DNA from: Hydrolagus colliei
Lineage: Eukaryota
Direction: 5' to 3'
Assembly (NCBI GenBank): GCA_035084275.1
Contig: CM068751.1
Coordinates: 2,232,001 to 2,296,000, forward strand
Length of the DNA: 64,000 bases
The notes under the pieces are model-generated. The model saw only the letters and a list, made by a program, of their open reading frames with translations, had not been told where the DNA came from and searched no databases. Both the position numbers and the translations under genes were made by a program. This document shows positions 12,918 to 25,355 of the stretch, piece after piece; the first letter of the stretch is position 1; the number at the start of each line of letters is the position of its first letter.

Positions 12918-14045
12918 CTACAAACAGGATAAATATGTTAGTACACCCACTTTATCTACATTCAGGATTGATGGTACAGTTGTGCACAATATATTGGATT
13001 TCAGAGACCTGTGCTAGAGATGCAAACATACGAAAGTACACACTGAGATACATGACTGACAAAAGGTTTTATCCATTTGTTAGTTATAATAATCAATGTA
13101 AGATTGTGATAAATTCAACCTGTGTTGTTGCTGCACAAATCATTGAGACTTTTTTGTGATATTTGCTCAGTGAATAAAACAATTGAGAAGGTCAGTGGAA
13201 TTAGGATTGCTTGTTCAGTAAGGTTTTACATTGTGCATTTCTATACTGGCATCAAATTTATTTGTAACATAAAATAAGTTTGGAGTAACTGCTTGCCGAA
13301 CAGAATTGAAGTAAAAGCCAAGAAGTAAAAAGAGACCTAACGGGAAAGCTGGACAAAGTTCCTAATTCAATAAATCATTGTGAAGAATGCAATCTTCTAT
13401 TCAGAACACCCTGGAGATGGATTGAAATTTATTCAGGTCCATCTTTAATGAAAGGTGAATTGGAACAAAGGAGTCTTCAGACTTCAGAAATATGGCCTGT
13501 GCTTGAAGCTGTACATTCACATTGAGAACATAATAAGGTGAATAGGAGTAAAAACAGAAAGATCATGATGGTAAGAGAGACAGAGATGAAGATCATTTCC
13601 AAATTATCATAAGAGTTTCCACCAAAATAGTCAAAACAATAGAACTGAAAAAAATAGGAATGAGGGATTCAGGGATTTTATTAGAAATTCCTAGGAGACC
13701 TTCCCTATCTATTCTAATTCTACTAATAGCAACAACTACTATTGTGGATGATCTTCAAAAAAATCTTAACTGTAAATGCCACAAATCACCAATGCAACCT
13801 TTCTGCATTACTCCCCGTTCTTTTCTTTAAATCTTAACTTATCTAACTTCTAAAATCCAATGAAATTCTAATTGTTCTGAGTTTCTGGAACAGTGATAAT
13901 ACAAACCGAACACAGTAGGATGGTGATGGAAAGGACAGTTTGTGAAAATGAATTACCCTGTGCACACAGAGCTGAAAGAGGAAGGCTGAAGGCATTTAAG
14001 AGACAATAGTTGACAGGACTTCACAGGACTTGCTGTGTATCTTAC

Positions 14046-14372
14046 TTCAGTTTGGCCCTCAGAGGTAGCCCTCCAGTGGTTAGTTCTACTGTCCTGAAGT
14101 TCTTCAACCAACTTTCTTCTTCTAATCTTTCCTTCTTCCACCAACAAATCATCTGAGTAACATCGTTTGCAGGGCAGGGAAGCAAATTCTGTTTCTTCTT
14201 CACTGTCCATTTGATATTTTCTCTCCTGCTCAATGTGGCAAAATGACCAGGGAAGTTGTCCACAGTTTGAGAGTGGCCACTGCTGGAGACAGTTCAGTTG
14301 CCGTTTCCGCACCACTGAAGGCAGGTTTGTTTTCTTTTCCTGCATTGTTTGATTTGGATATTTAGAGGCTTC
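14046..14372 (-). CDS. ARHGEF4: ARHGEF4 internal exon (EASKYPNQTMQEKK...SDDLLVEEGKIRRRKL...GQTE, 109 codons)
   Basis: Acceptor tttctctacctgaaactgccacgcag|GAA, donor GAA|GTAAG, 327 nt, phase 0/0. SDDLLVEEGKIRRRKL resembles recalled ARHGEF4 SVDDLWLEKTQRKKL. Confidence 0.82.
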
Positions 14373-14602
14373 CTGCGTGGCAGTTTCAGGTAGAGAAATG
14401 TTTCAGATTCAGATATCATGCAAAAATGTGCATACGTGTGATGTGATGTAATGACTCGGGTGGGATTAACGTATTGTTCCGTAAATATCAAAATTGTGTT
14501 CTAGTATAATAGGACTAATATCTGTTTTGCTGTGGATTTTCCTTTAATTATTATTTATTATTCTTGTATTGTGATTTAATCTACAGTACTTGTAAAGTAT
14601 GT

Positions 14603-14911
14603 GGTGTCCTGTAGCTCAGTGATTAGAACACTTGCCTTGCAAATGAGAGACCTGGGTTCAATGCCAGGCAGGGCAAAACCTTGGGCAAGTTTCCTTACTC
14701 CACAAGCTTGATAATGATCCCTCAAATAAACAATAATAAATTGGTCGTTTAAATCCACAACTGTTTATGGGACACTGCTATGCGTGATTGGCTGCCACAA
14801 TACACCCATATACACCCATATATATAGTCAATTCACTTTACAGCATATATTGTGAAGCGCTTTGAGAATCTAGAAGATATGAAAAGCGCCAAATGCACAG
14901 ATTATTATTAT
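14603..14911 (+). mobile_element. tRNA-derived SINE, full length
   Basis: A box (GTAGCTCAGTGATT), B box (GGTTCAATGCC), family core gggacactgctatgcg..ttggctgcc and a (TTA)n tail shared with many copies in the window. Confidence 0.88.
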
Positions 14912-16816
14912 CGTTATATAATAGACTGAGCTTGCATTGTGACTACATTCTCCTCCTTTCCCAACTAGATAACAAACCAAGCCAAACACCTAACACCTAA
15001 CAGAGACACATGCTAACCTTAAAATCTATTTGACAACATCATATATAGTTTTACATTATCATAGATATTTATATAGCCACATTATCAATATGAACTGCAT
15101 TATTATATGTGTTTACAATTAAGGTGAGGGAGATACTTGACAATGGTATAGCACACTCACAGTTCATGAACTAGATATTCTCTGTTTCCCAGTAATAAGC
15201 ATCGGATATTCCTGTTCTAGTTAGGGAGTGTCTGAAACTATTTTGTAATTTAATTTATATTTTGTTTATCCAATATGCTCAGTAGTTGGATCACTTCTGC
15301 CAAGGGTGGAGGAGGGAGTAGAAATTAGATGCAACACTGTCTCAGACAAGGAGTGTGTGTGTGTGTGTGTGCGTAGTAGCTCAATTTTCACGCTTTTTCA
15401 TTTTATTAATTTCGGATCACCCAACAAGTGGTTCTACCTGCAGACGTGGCATGACATTTGTCTAATTGAATGTGTCGCATATAATGCTATGCTGTTACAT
15501 TGAGTACTGTACTTTATTATTACGGGGCCATGTAACAGAGAATCAGTGTCAAGGATTCATGTTTGTTGCCAGGCGAGTGAACAGGGATTGCTGGTTTGGC
15601 TTCATATCAGCACAAGTGAGGTGTCTGACAAATACACCGTTTATGTTCCTGTTATAGCTGCCTGAGAAGTAGGTCAGGAAATAATATTACCGTATACACC
15701 TAGTGGGAAGTACATTTGGTTCATTCTAGCCAGTTCAGTATTTTAAACTTAAAATACTTCAGCTGTTTTTACTCTTTGAGCGAATTGTTTCATTTATACC
15801 TTTTACAAAGTTATTGGTCACAGGGACATGTTCTGCCTGACATACCTGTTTATGTAGTCAATTCTGAGGTAGTTGCAATTATCCAAGTGTTTAGAAAAAA
15901 TTACCTTCCTCTAGTTTGAGCCAAAATAGAAATCACAAGTGGGATTCGTGCAATGACTAACAATTGACAGCAGGAGGTGGACTACTGTACATTCATCTTT
16001 AATGGCTGTGAGATGTTTGTTTATTTTCAATGTTAGCAATATATTTTAAGAAGTTATAATTAATATTTAGTTGCTATTAGCTCTGCTCCAAATTAGGGTT
16101 CAGCCACACTATAATTGGCCAAGATACAAAACACGCTGGTGAAAGAGATCCTTGATTTTCAATGCTACAAGTGTTTTTCCCATCTACAGGAATTTACGTA
16201 CATCAGTTTTACATATTAAACACATACATTGTTTTTGTTAAAAAAAATTGGAGTTGCAGTTTCATATTAATGATCTATGATGTTACAGAATAAAAGAAAG
16301 TATCTTATAATATCCAAAACACATTTAGTTTTTCCTTTATCTTTTGAGTTTGAACATTTTTGATCTCCCCCTAAACGATTGCATGTAGTCACTTCATCTT
16401 AACTGTCACTTCCCATTCCAGCACTGCACCTTAACCTGCATCTGAGGTAAACAATGCACTATTCCTTTCCCACCAGTTTTGGAAACATTAGAATTTTTTC
16501 TAAAAATGGCATTCACTTATTTCAATTGGGATTTATTACTGGGATTTGGAGGGATTTATCTTATTCCCCTCCTCAAGATGTACACCAGTTAATCACTGTA
16601 AATTCAACAGTTCATTGTGGCTGATTCTTAAAATTCACACAATTGAATAACCGTGAATAATAAAAATGTGAGAGGTGGCTTGAAATAGTCAAAATAGTTT
16701 GTTTTACTAATAATATTGTGATACTAATATTTATCATTAGTATCACAGTTAGCCTAGCATCCGTTATAAATGATTATTTCTAGCAGAATTTTCAGTACAA
16801 TTTATGAATCACTTAC

Positions 16817-19800
16817 CTCATCTTTCAGTATGTCAATGACAGAGGACGTTATATTTAGACTGGTTTGTGATTGACTGCTAATACCGCTATCCTCTTTCTG
16901 ACATTCATTATCCAATGATTGGACTGAGAGAATAAGACTTCCTCTTGGTTTCATTGTGACTACTCTCTCAGAGCCTTCTGACATTCCATCTGTTATCTTA
17001 CTAGAGTCAAGGGAAGTCCAAGATGAGGTACTAGTTCTAGTAGAGGAACGAAAACTTCTTCGAAGACTCAGCCGAGGACTTTGTGGTTTGGGGCTCATAG
17101 GCCTTGAGGGGAAAGCAGCATCCATACATTCTAAATTCACAGTTCTCGCCCTTGTTGGGCTCAATTGATTAAATAGATTATGTGAAGTAGACTGACTCGG
17201 TGGAGTTTTCAAATCATCTTCATTTTCAAGGCAACTGTCAGATGTTAATGTAAGATTTAATCCATTTAGTGATGCCATTTTTGTCCTCCGTTCCACTGGC
17301 GTTTTAACTTCAGGAAGTTCCATGTAGTTGTCACATAGCCAGGTATTGTTTGACATGACAGGAGATACGGGTGGACTAGAAGTGGTTATTGAAGGAGGAC
17401 CGTCTATTTTGTCCATCGAGGTTCTCCATGCATATTCACTGCAAACCTGAGACTGTGGTTTTCCACATTGACCTCCTTCACCTGAGGCATTTGAGGTGCT
17501 CGGCAGACTCGATCGTTTTGTGGAGTCCATCTCGCTCAGCTTCATCAATCTCCTCCACGACATTTGTCTTGACCTTCCTTCATCCCCTTCACTTTTCTTA
17601 ATAGATTTAGCACTTTGATTAGAACTATCTTTCTCTGCAGATTTTGACTCAAAAAAGCGTGAAATCGATTTATTCGCAAAAGCCCGTTTTACTCTGAGGT
17701 TCAGGCTATCGGCACTTTTGCTCTTTTTGTACCTGTTTTCTGTGGCCGCAGATATTTTGATATGTTGTTCCTCAGCAATACTGACATCACCTTCAGTAGT
17801 ATCTATATTCTTGTTGTGGTTTTGTCGGTCATTTTCTGATGTTGTCCAATCTTCCACCAGATCGTCTGTCTCCAGTGATCTACCAGAGTCAAATAACTTT
17901 TTTATACTTAACTGGCCACTTCCCTCAAAAACCTCATCGTCATCTGAGCCATCTAAATACGAACATTCTCTCCTGGCATTGCCTTTGATTTGATCTGGAG
18001 GATAACATTTGTAGCTCGGATACTGCATTTTATTTGAGGGAACACTATTCATATTGCCTTTCCCTTTTGTTTTATTTGCATCTGCACCTCCAGTTTGTGG
18101 CTTTCTGCCTCCAACCTTGGCGTTGGTGTCAGTTTGATGCTCGTGTGTTGAGGACTTGTGTCGCCTGAATGATGCCATTTTTGAAAAAACTAAAAATGTG
18201 GAGTTCTTGATAGATGTGCTTAACGAGTTCAAGGAAGAGACAGATCCAAAGGCAGACCTATCATCTCCTTTATTATATGTCTGTTTCTGTGAAGCTTTGT
18301 AAAGACTGCTGTTACTTCCTAATGAGATGATATTTTCATCAAGTTCCTCACTAGTAGTACTATTATCATCTATATCATACACAACTGATGGAATATCAGT
18401 GGGCTTATCACCTGTTAGTGTGCCTTGGCTTCCATTTTCATTTTCGCTATTGCTTACAATCTGATTTGGAACAGCCTGCATTTTGATGTTATTGTTTTCT
18501 GGATGTTTTGGCTGCACAGATAGAGGGTCTGCCTCAGGAGGGATGGCTATTGTACTCAGACTTGAGTTTGAAATACCAGCAATTTCTATATTTATTTCTG
18601 AAGAAAGTTCAGTTAACTCTGACCTAACCACCTCAATACAAATTAGATCATTTCTTGGATTGTTTTCAGAAGTGTTATTGACCCTTGAATCTAACTCAGT
18701 TGAGAATCCAATTGGAATCTCGCTGGCTGTTTCTTTTTCAGTGATGTTGTTGGATTTTTGATTTAATAACAAACACATATCATGTGATGCCGATAGTCCT
18801 TCATTCAAACTTTCCTCTTGCTCAAACTCTGAACCACAACAAACGTCAGTTAGTATCAAATCATCTTGAGTCTCATTTACTACTATTTCTCCTTCACTAG
18901 AAATATTGCTTCTACTTAAGTTATCTTCTGTGATTTCCTTTTGAAAGTCAGAATTTAGTTGCCCTGATTCTGAAGTTGTTGCAGAATGTTTAGAATATTG
19001 TCCATTGACCTCAAGTGAATAATTAATTTCCTGTTCATGGAGGGTAACATGATTTTCCCTTTTTATATTATTGTCTTTGGGGTAAATTTGACTTGTTTCT
19101 GTTTGGGAAATAAAACCTTCAGCCATTGTTTCAGAAATGCAATCCTCAACCTCCAAATCAGTATCAATAAAGACGTATTTTGCGGGAGCTGAAGATTCAC
19201 ATGTATTTTTATCTGTTTCAAGCTCAATCTCACAGTGTTGTGTTTCTGAACTTTCTTTTGCTTGAAGTTCAGCTTGCGGAAAGTTGTAAATTACTTCTGA
19301 ATCATTGTCTCGACCAGGTTCTAGTGTCTCAGAACCTTCAGCAAAACTTTTTCTTTGTTCTGTTTCTGTTGACAGTACAGCAGTGATTTTGTCTTGTCTC
19401 TTTTCAGAAAATATTTCCTGTAATTCAGTTTGGCTCTGACAAGTCTGACTAAAGTGTGTTTTTTCCTCCTGAGAAGTCTTTAAGTTTGTTTTTGTGCAAA
19501 TATGCGTTGTTTCTTTTGTTGCTGTTAAGACCTGATCTGTACCAGATCCTGTATCATTCACCTGTACATTTGTCTCAGCACAGGCTACCAATTTAATGTT
19601 AATGCTTGTTAAGGCTTGTTCAGTCTCTTGAGAAATTCCAATTTGATCTAATTTCTCTGGACAAATCACATTTTGCTGTATTTCAGATGTGATATCAAAT
19701 TTTATTTCTGATATTTCCTTAGGAATAGTTGTTTTTATTTCACAGGAAATGTTATTTTCCTCTGATTTTATCAGAGCAGGATTCTTACATGAGTCTGATT

Positions 19801-21715
19801 TTGTTTCAGAAGGATTTGATTCAATTTCAGAGCTAATTTTACTTTGTTTTTTATCTGTATCCAGAGAAACACAGATTGACTCAAATGTCGATTCAGTAGA
19901 CATTTTACTTGTTACGGCACAAGTCTCGGAAGAAACTGGTTCTATTTTAGTGGAAAATTCACTGAAATCTTGGGTTGTGTCCACAGACATACTGATTGAC
20001 TGTGGTTTAATTGCATCATATGTCTCAGTTATTCTAGGGCAAGTCTCAATACTTTCTAGTTTTATTTCAACAGGGGTTTCACTTTTATCCTGGCTTCCAT
20101 CTAAAGAGGTCCAAATTGGCTTGTTATTTTCACCCGAAATTTCATTCTGGTCAAGGTAAATTTCAATGCATTCTGGTTCTATTTCAGAAGTAATTTTAAT
20201 TTGTTCTTGGTTTTCATATAGAGAACTCCAAATTGACTTTGATTTAACTGGAATAAAAATCTCACTTTTCTTGGGACAGACCTCTGTGAAATCCAATTCT
20301 GTTTCAGGAGGAATTATCCTCTGATCTTGTTCTACATCAAGAGAAGCTAAAACTGAGTCAGGTGTAACATCACCAGAAATCTCACATGTTCCAGTACAAG
20401 TCTCAGTGGCATCCGCTTCTATTTCAGAAGAGATTTCATCTAAATCTTTGTTTGCTTCCACAAGCACCTCAACTGACTGTATTTTAATTGGATTAGATAT
20501 CTCAATTGTTCCAGAGCATGTTTTACTGCATATTTCAGCAGGAGTTTCATTGAGATGTTGGCTTCTATCTAGAACAGTACAGATTGGCTTTGAGTTAGTT
20601 TCAGTAAAAATGTCATGTTTTCCACAAATCTCTGTGTGACCTGGTCTTATTTCAGATGAATTTTCACTTAATATTGTGTTTCTCTCTAGTAAAGTCCAGT
20701 CCGACTCCGACAAGCAAATCCTAGATGGTTCTGGTTTAATTCCAGTAAGCAAATGGTTTGTCCCCAAACAAATTTCAGCAAAATCTGATTGTTTCTCTAG
20801 AGAAGTCCTGTTCACCTCTACTGTTTCTGGTAAAGAAATTTCCAGTGAAGAAGTAACATTTGACTCTGCATTAATATCTAAAGAAATCCTACATTGCAAT
20901 GCTATTTCAGAAGAAATCTCATTCTGTCCTTGCGTCTGAGAAACAACTTCAGTTGTGTTCTCTTCTGCTTCAGGATAGTTGCTGCTTGCACATGTTTCAA
21001 GAACAGCAGATAGTGTTTGCAACCTAGAAGAAATCACATGATAGTCCGATTTTGTTTCAAATGAATTATTGCATTTTTCTGTCCTTAATTCATAAGAAGT
21101 TGCATTTGTTCTAGATTTTGTCTGAAGAGAAAGTTCATTAGCTTCTGGTTCTGCCTCTGATAAAATGTTGCTTGATTCAAATTCTGGATGAAGTATAAAT
21201 TGACAAGGCCTTGGTTGGGTAGCACTCGAGACTGAGGATGTGCTGGGAAAACTGCATAGCTTTGCTTCACAGTTTTCAGGTGAAACCTCACTTGTGTCTG
21301 ATTTTGTCTCCAGAGCAATTCTGTCTGCCTTGTCACTTGATACATAATCTGTAGCAAGGAAATCTGTGCTAGTCCTTAACCATGCTGCATGTATTGGTGA
21401 TATTGCAGTAGAGTGACTGCAGGCAAGTTCTGCTTCAGCAGGTGTATTCTTGAACTCTTTTAATGTGTCATAATAAATATCAGTTTCTAAAAATGATTCA
21501 GGATCTGACCCAGAAGGTTCGGCACAATTTTCAGTATATTCTGCTTTTGTTTCAAAATAACAATCGCTCGTTGATGCTGTTGTTCCTGTATTGATGTCAC
21601 TGAGTCTGTGCTGCACATCAGGAGAATCCTGGCTAGGTCCAGGACATTCTTGGTCTGTGCTGTCATCGTCAACACCCTCACAGAGCTCAGAAGGGTTTTC
21701 TATGGGCTCTGATAC
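16817..21715 (-). CDS. ARHGEF4: ARHGEF4 giant exon (1633 codons, acidic S/E/T-rich, probably disordered N-terminal extension)
   Basis: Lies within the uninterrupted ORF 16802-21727. Acceptor tatttatttgttccaacag|GTA at 21715, donor GAG|GTAAGT at 16817 (phase 0/0). Motifs FSKMASFRRHKSS, LDGSDDDEVF, YKKSKSADSL, RPMSPKPQSP and SLILSVQSLDNECQKEDS match recalled ARHGEF4/SPATA13 long-isoform motifs; the last favours ARHGEF4. Confidence 0.9.
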
Positions 21716-23139
21716 CTGTTGGAACAAATAAATATTTTACACCGAAGGATAAATTAGGAAAATGCTTATGTTTCTTAAACCCATTACAATAAGCATATTT
21801 GTGATGCACATTTCTCAAATTCAAGGAACGAGAAATGATTTAGAGTATAGCATGGACCTTTCATTTTAATATCTGAAAGGCTGACTGATATTGATTAAGT
21901 TTAAGGTTTCAGATTATTGAGGAAACAATCAAGTCTCAAAGATATGGGAAACGTATGTTAAATTCCTTCACAGTAAACACAAATATTCTGAACAAAGCAT
22001 TCAATACAGTAGAATACCATGTACTGTATCTACTAACCGGGAAACCACATGCCCACTTAACCATACCAGTGCTGATATCTCGGTAAAATTGGCAAAATTT
22101 CACTCCAAAAATTTATAATCCTTGGCTCTGTAAGGACCAGTCCAATTCTTCCACTCTTGCCTGTATTTACGAGTGCAATTGAGAGTCTGTTCATTTAGAT
22201 GCAGACTGAGAGTGAGCAAAAATGTCAGAAAAGAAAAACAGAATAAAGAGAATAACTTCTATCACTGTCCTTTCAGTTCTGGAACCTGCTATCCCAGGGG
22301 AAAAGGTTCAAATGGTAGGCAAAATGAAGATATACATTTTCGTTCCCATCATGGAAAAGAGAGAAGTTCTGTTTTAAACCTTGTTTGGTTCAGTTCTTCA
22401 GGTATAACTTCTCTTCCCCCATTTTCCAATGTGAACATAATGCACAAGGAGAATGGCAGCTGCATGACCTTAATGAGCTTCCCTAGCATCTTGGGACGTC
22501 CTGCAGACATTCCCTCTTTGTAGCCTTTTTGTCATATTAAAGCAGAGGTTAAAGGAAGGAGTTGACAACAGGAGACCTTGAGTAAGGTTCACAAATAATA
22601 TGTGTGTTACTTGTATACTTCCTGTTCCATAATGGGTAAATTTAATTCGTTTTGCTAATGAAACAGCAGCAACACGCTGACTTACTATAAAAACTCTTGG
22701 TAAACCAATACAACCGTTTAATACTTTAAGTTTCTTTGCTTACATTCAGTTTGAAATTACATAAATTACTTAATTTAATATTATGTATCAAACAGCATAT
22801 CCCAACTTAAACACAAAATCCAATGACACAAATTGTTCAAATACGATTCCAGGACTTATGCATCAACTGATTCTTATAGCATCTATGTATCAACAACAAC
22901 TTACAACAACTTGGAATGATCTGGTGCCCTCCACGCCAAACAGCATCTCAGAGCACTTGAATCAAACTTCATCAAACAAAAGAATATTTCTCAAACTCAT
23001 TTTCATGAAAATTGTGTCCTTTTTAATTAAAAAAATGAAAGCAAATGTTAATAAATTGTGTCCTTTAATACAAAATTTGACATCCTGGCATGTCTATAGA
23101 TGGGAGATTAGAGCTTGCCTTCACTTCTGAAGCATAATT

Positions 23140-23541
23140 ACCCCTTACCTTCTTTTCCCCCTTTCTCCCCTGGCTCAATTTCCGCGACTGTTTGTGTGAC
23201 ACTGCTGTGCGCAATTTGGCTGCCGTGTTTCGCCCACAAATATATGTCAGCTTTCCTGCTCTCCTTCGCCCTGCCCCGACCCCTCCCCTTGCCATCTTTC
23301 CCTCCTTTTTCCCTAATCCCACTTCTATGACTGTTTGTGTGACACTGTTGTGAGTAATTTGGCTGCCGCATTTCGCCTACAAATATACAGTCAATTTTCC
23401 TACTCTTCTTCATCCTGCCCCGACCCATTTCCCCCTGCCCTTGTCCCTATCTAACTGTACAGCTCCTTGGGACGTCCTCTCGATGTGAAAGGCGCTATAT
23501 AAATGTAAGTTTTGATTGATTGGTTGATTGATTGATTGATT
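23140..23541 (+). mobile_element. Composite SINE-core tandem dimer with L2-type tail and (GATT)n
   Basis: Two tandem ~140-nt units (SINE core plus pyrimidine spacer), then cttgggacgtcc..gtgaaaggcgctatataaatgtaag. Confidence 0.7.
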
Positions 23542-23631
23542 GCTCTTTTCGATCCCGATTTATCTATTTTTGCTGAAAAGGGTCCAAGATGTTGAATCCA
23601 AAACGCCTGAAGCAACAGCATGACTTGAAAG

Positions 23632-23870
23632 TAGGGTCCGGCGATATATCGATATATCGCTAAAACCCAATATAATTTTTATATCGATACGCCGATATAG
23701 GCATTTAAAAAATATCGATATATCGAAAAATCAATATATCGAGGTAAAAATTCGGGATGCGCGCTCACTGAACTACAAGACCCAGAATGCTCATCTCTAT
23801 ACACAATGCACAGACTGAGGTGCAAAGCCGCCATATTGTATTCATAGTCCTCGAATACAATATACAGGTA
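23632..23870. mobile_element. hAT-like non-autonomous element, left end
   Basis: Begins TAGGGTCCGGCGATATATCGATATATCG with CGATAT-rich subterminal repeats, similar to the element end at 62513. Right end not resolved. Confidence 0.55.
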
Positions 23871-23875
23871 TGCAA

Positions 23876-24680
23876 GGGGTGGTGGGGGGGGGGGGGGGGG
23901 GGGAAGACGGCTGGGTGGGGGGGTGAGGGGGAGAGAGAGACGGCTGGGTAGGGGGGGTGAGGGGGAGAGAGACGGCTGGGGAGAGGGGGAGAGAGACGGC
24001 AGGGGGGAGAGGGGGAGAGAGACGGCTGGGGGGGGGGGGAGAGAGACGGCTGGAGGAGGGGGAGAGAGACAGTTGGGGGGACAGGGGGAGAGACGGCTGG
24101 GGGGAAGGGGAGAGACGGCTGGGGGGAGGGGGAGAGAGACGGCTGGGGGGGGGTGAGAGAGACGGCTGGGGGGGGGTGAGAGAGACGGCTGGGGGGAGTG
24201 AGAGAGACGGCTGGGGGGAGGGGGAGACGGCTGGGGGGGGAGGAGAGGGGGAGAGGGGGAGAGACGGCTGGGGCGGGAGGAGAGGGGGAGAGGGGGAGAG
24301 AAACGGCTGGGGGGAGGGGGAGAGAGACGGCTAGGGGGAGGGGGAGAGAGACGGCTGGGGGGAGGGGAGAGAGACGGCTGGGGGGAGGGGAGAGAGACGG
24401 CTGGGGGGAGGAGAGAGAGACGGCTGGGGGGGGAGGGAGAGAGAGACGGCGGGGGGGGGGAGGGAGAAAGAGACGGCTGGGGGGGTGGTGGGGGAGAGAG
24501 ACAACGGGGGTGGGGGGTGCGAGAGAGGGACGGCGGGGGTGGGGGGGAGAGATGGGGTGGATGTGATAATATACAGATAGATAGAGATGGGGGGGATGTG
24601 AGGGATGTGAGAGAGGAGAGAGACAGAGACACACAGACAGAAAAACACAGAGATGGAGAGAGTGAGAGACACAGAGAGAG
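23876..24680 (+). repeat. G-rich minisatellite (~22-24 nt unit GGGGGGAGGGGGAGAGAGACGGCT, ~25 copies) grading into GA repeat
   Basis: GAGACGGCT anchors recur between variable G runs. Confidence 0.95.
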
Positions 24681-25042
24681 AAAGATATTAAACCACTTCT
24701 ATGAAAAATATGTTTAAGCAGAAATAATTCATATTACAGATAATCTCATAAAACCGATACAAGTATTTTATATTTCAGTTTTTGTATTCCTGTCCCAATT
24801 CTAGTCAATATAAATGACAATGTTTATCCAGAGGTACAAACCTAACTCAGCTAGTTGAAGCTCAATGAGTAACTCGTATTCTATTGATGTGAATATATAA
24901 TAAAGTCTTCAAATTATGAAGTATACCATCACATTCAAAATCAATATGCTTATATACAGAATGTAATCCACAAATAAAAATTAAAAATGTAGAAAATCAA
25001 TAATGCATTCAATCTGAATATACTATGCTTTGCCACGGTCTA

Positions 25043-25355
25043 TAATAATATAATAATCCTTGCATTTGAATATAGTGCCTAATCACATTGTTGAGGTATC
25101 TCAAATTATATACTTTAAAGTGGAAATTTAGTGGGCAAAATACAGCAGCCAATTGCGCACACAGTCGTAGTTTGAGGGAACCAATTTTTTTGGACAGGAT
25201 TATTACAGAAAGTGATCCGCCAAACAACTAACATGTTCCTACTTACTGCTGGGTAAACAGAGGTATACGGAATATGGAAACCTGACGAAGGTTTCGCCCT
25301 GTCTGGAAATCGAACCTGAGTCCTCATGAGGCGAGTGATCTAACCACTAAGCTTT
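25043..25355 (-). mobile_element. tRNA-derived SINE
   Basis: aataatccttgcatttg tail, cagccaattgcgcac core, and tcgaacc (B box) / accactaagct (A box) on the reverse strand. Confidence 0.75.

Noticed and set aside
14603-14680. tRNA-like sequence (also at 37470-37549 and 49635-49711)
   Set aside because: These are SINE heads continuous with SINE body and tail, not tRNA genes.
16956-20939. Plus-strand ORFs opposite the giant exon
   Set aside because: Antisense shadows of the real minus-strand coding frame.
16817-21715. SPATA13 (Asef2) as the gene identity
   Set aside because: It shares some motifs, but the first-exon peptide, the exon-end motif and the next exon match my recollection of ARHGEF4 better. 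Confirm by BLAST and synteny.
22349-22510. 53-aa minus-strand ORF (MSAGRPKMLGKL...) just upstream of the giant exon
   Set aside because: No convincing phase-0 donor before the stop and no recognised homology.
23876-24560. CRISPR-like repeat-spacer pattern
   Set aside because: The intervening sequences are only variable G/A runs, not unique spacers, and the context is vertebrate with no cas genes.
23679-24717. Long Pro/Ser- or Gly/Arg-rich ORFs
   Set aside because: By-products of a stop-free G-rich minisatellite, open in several frames on both strands.
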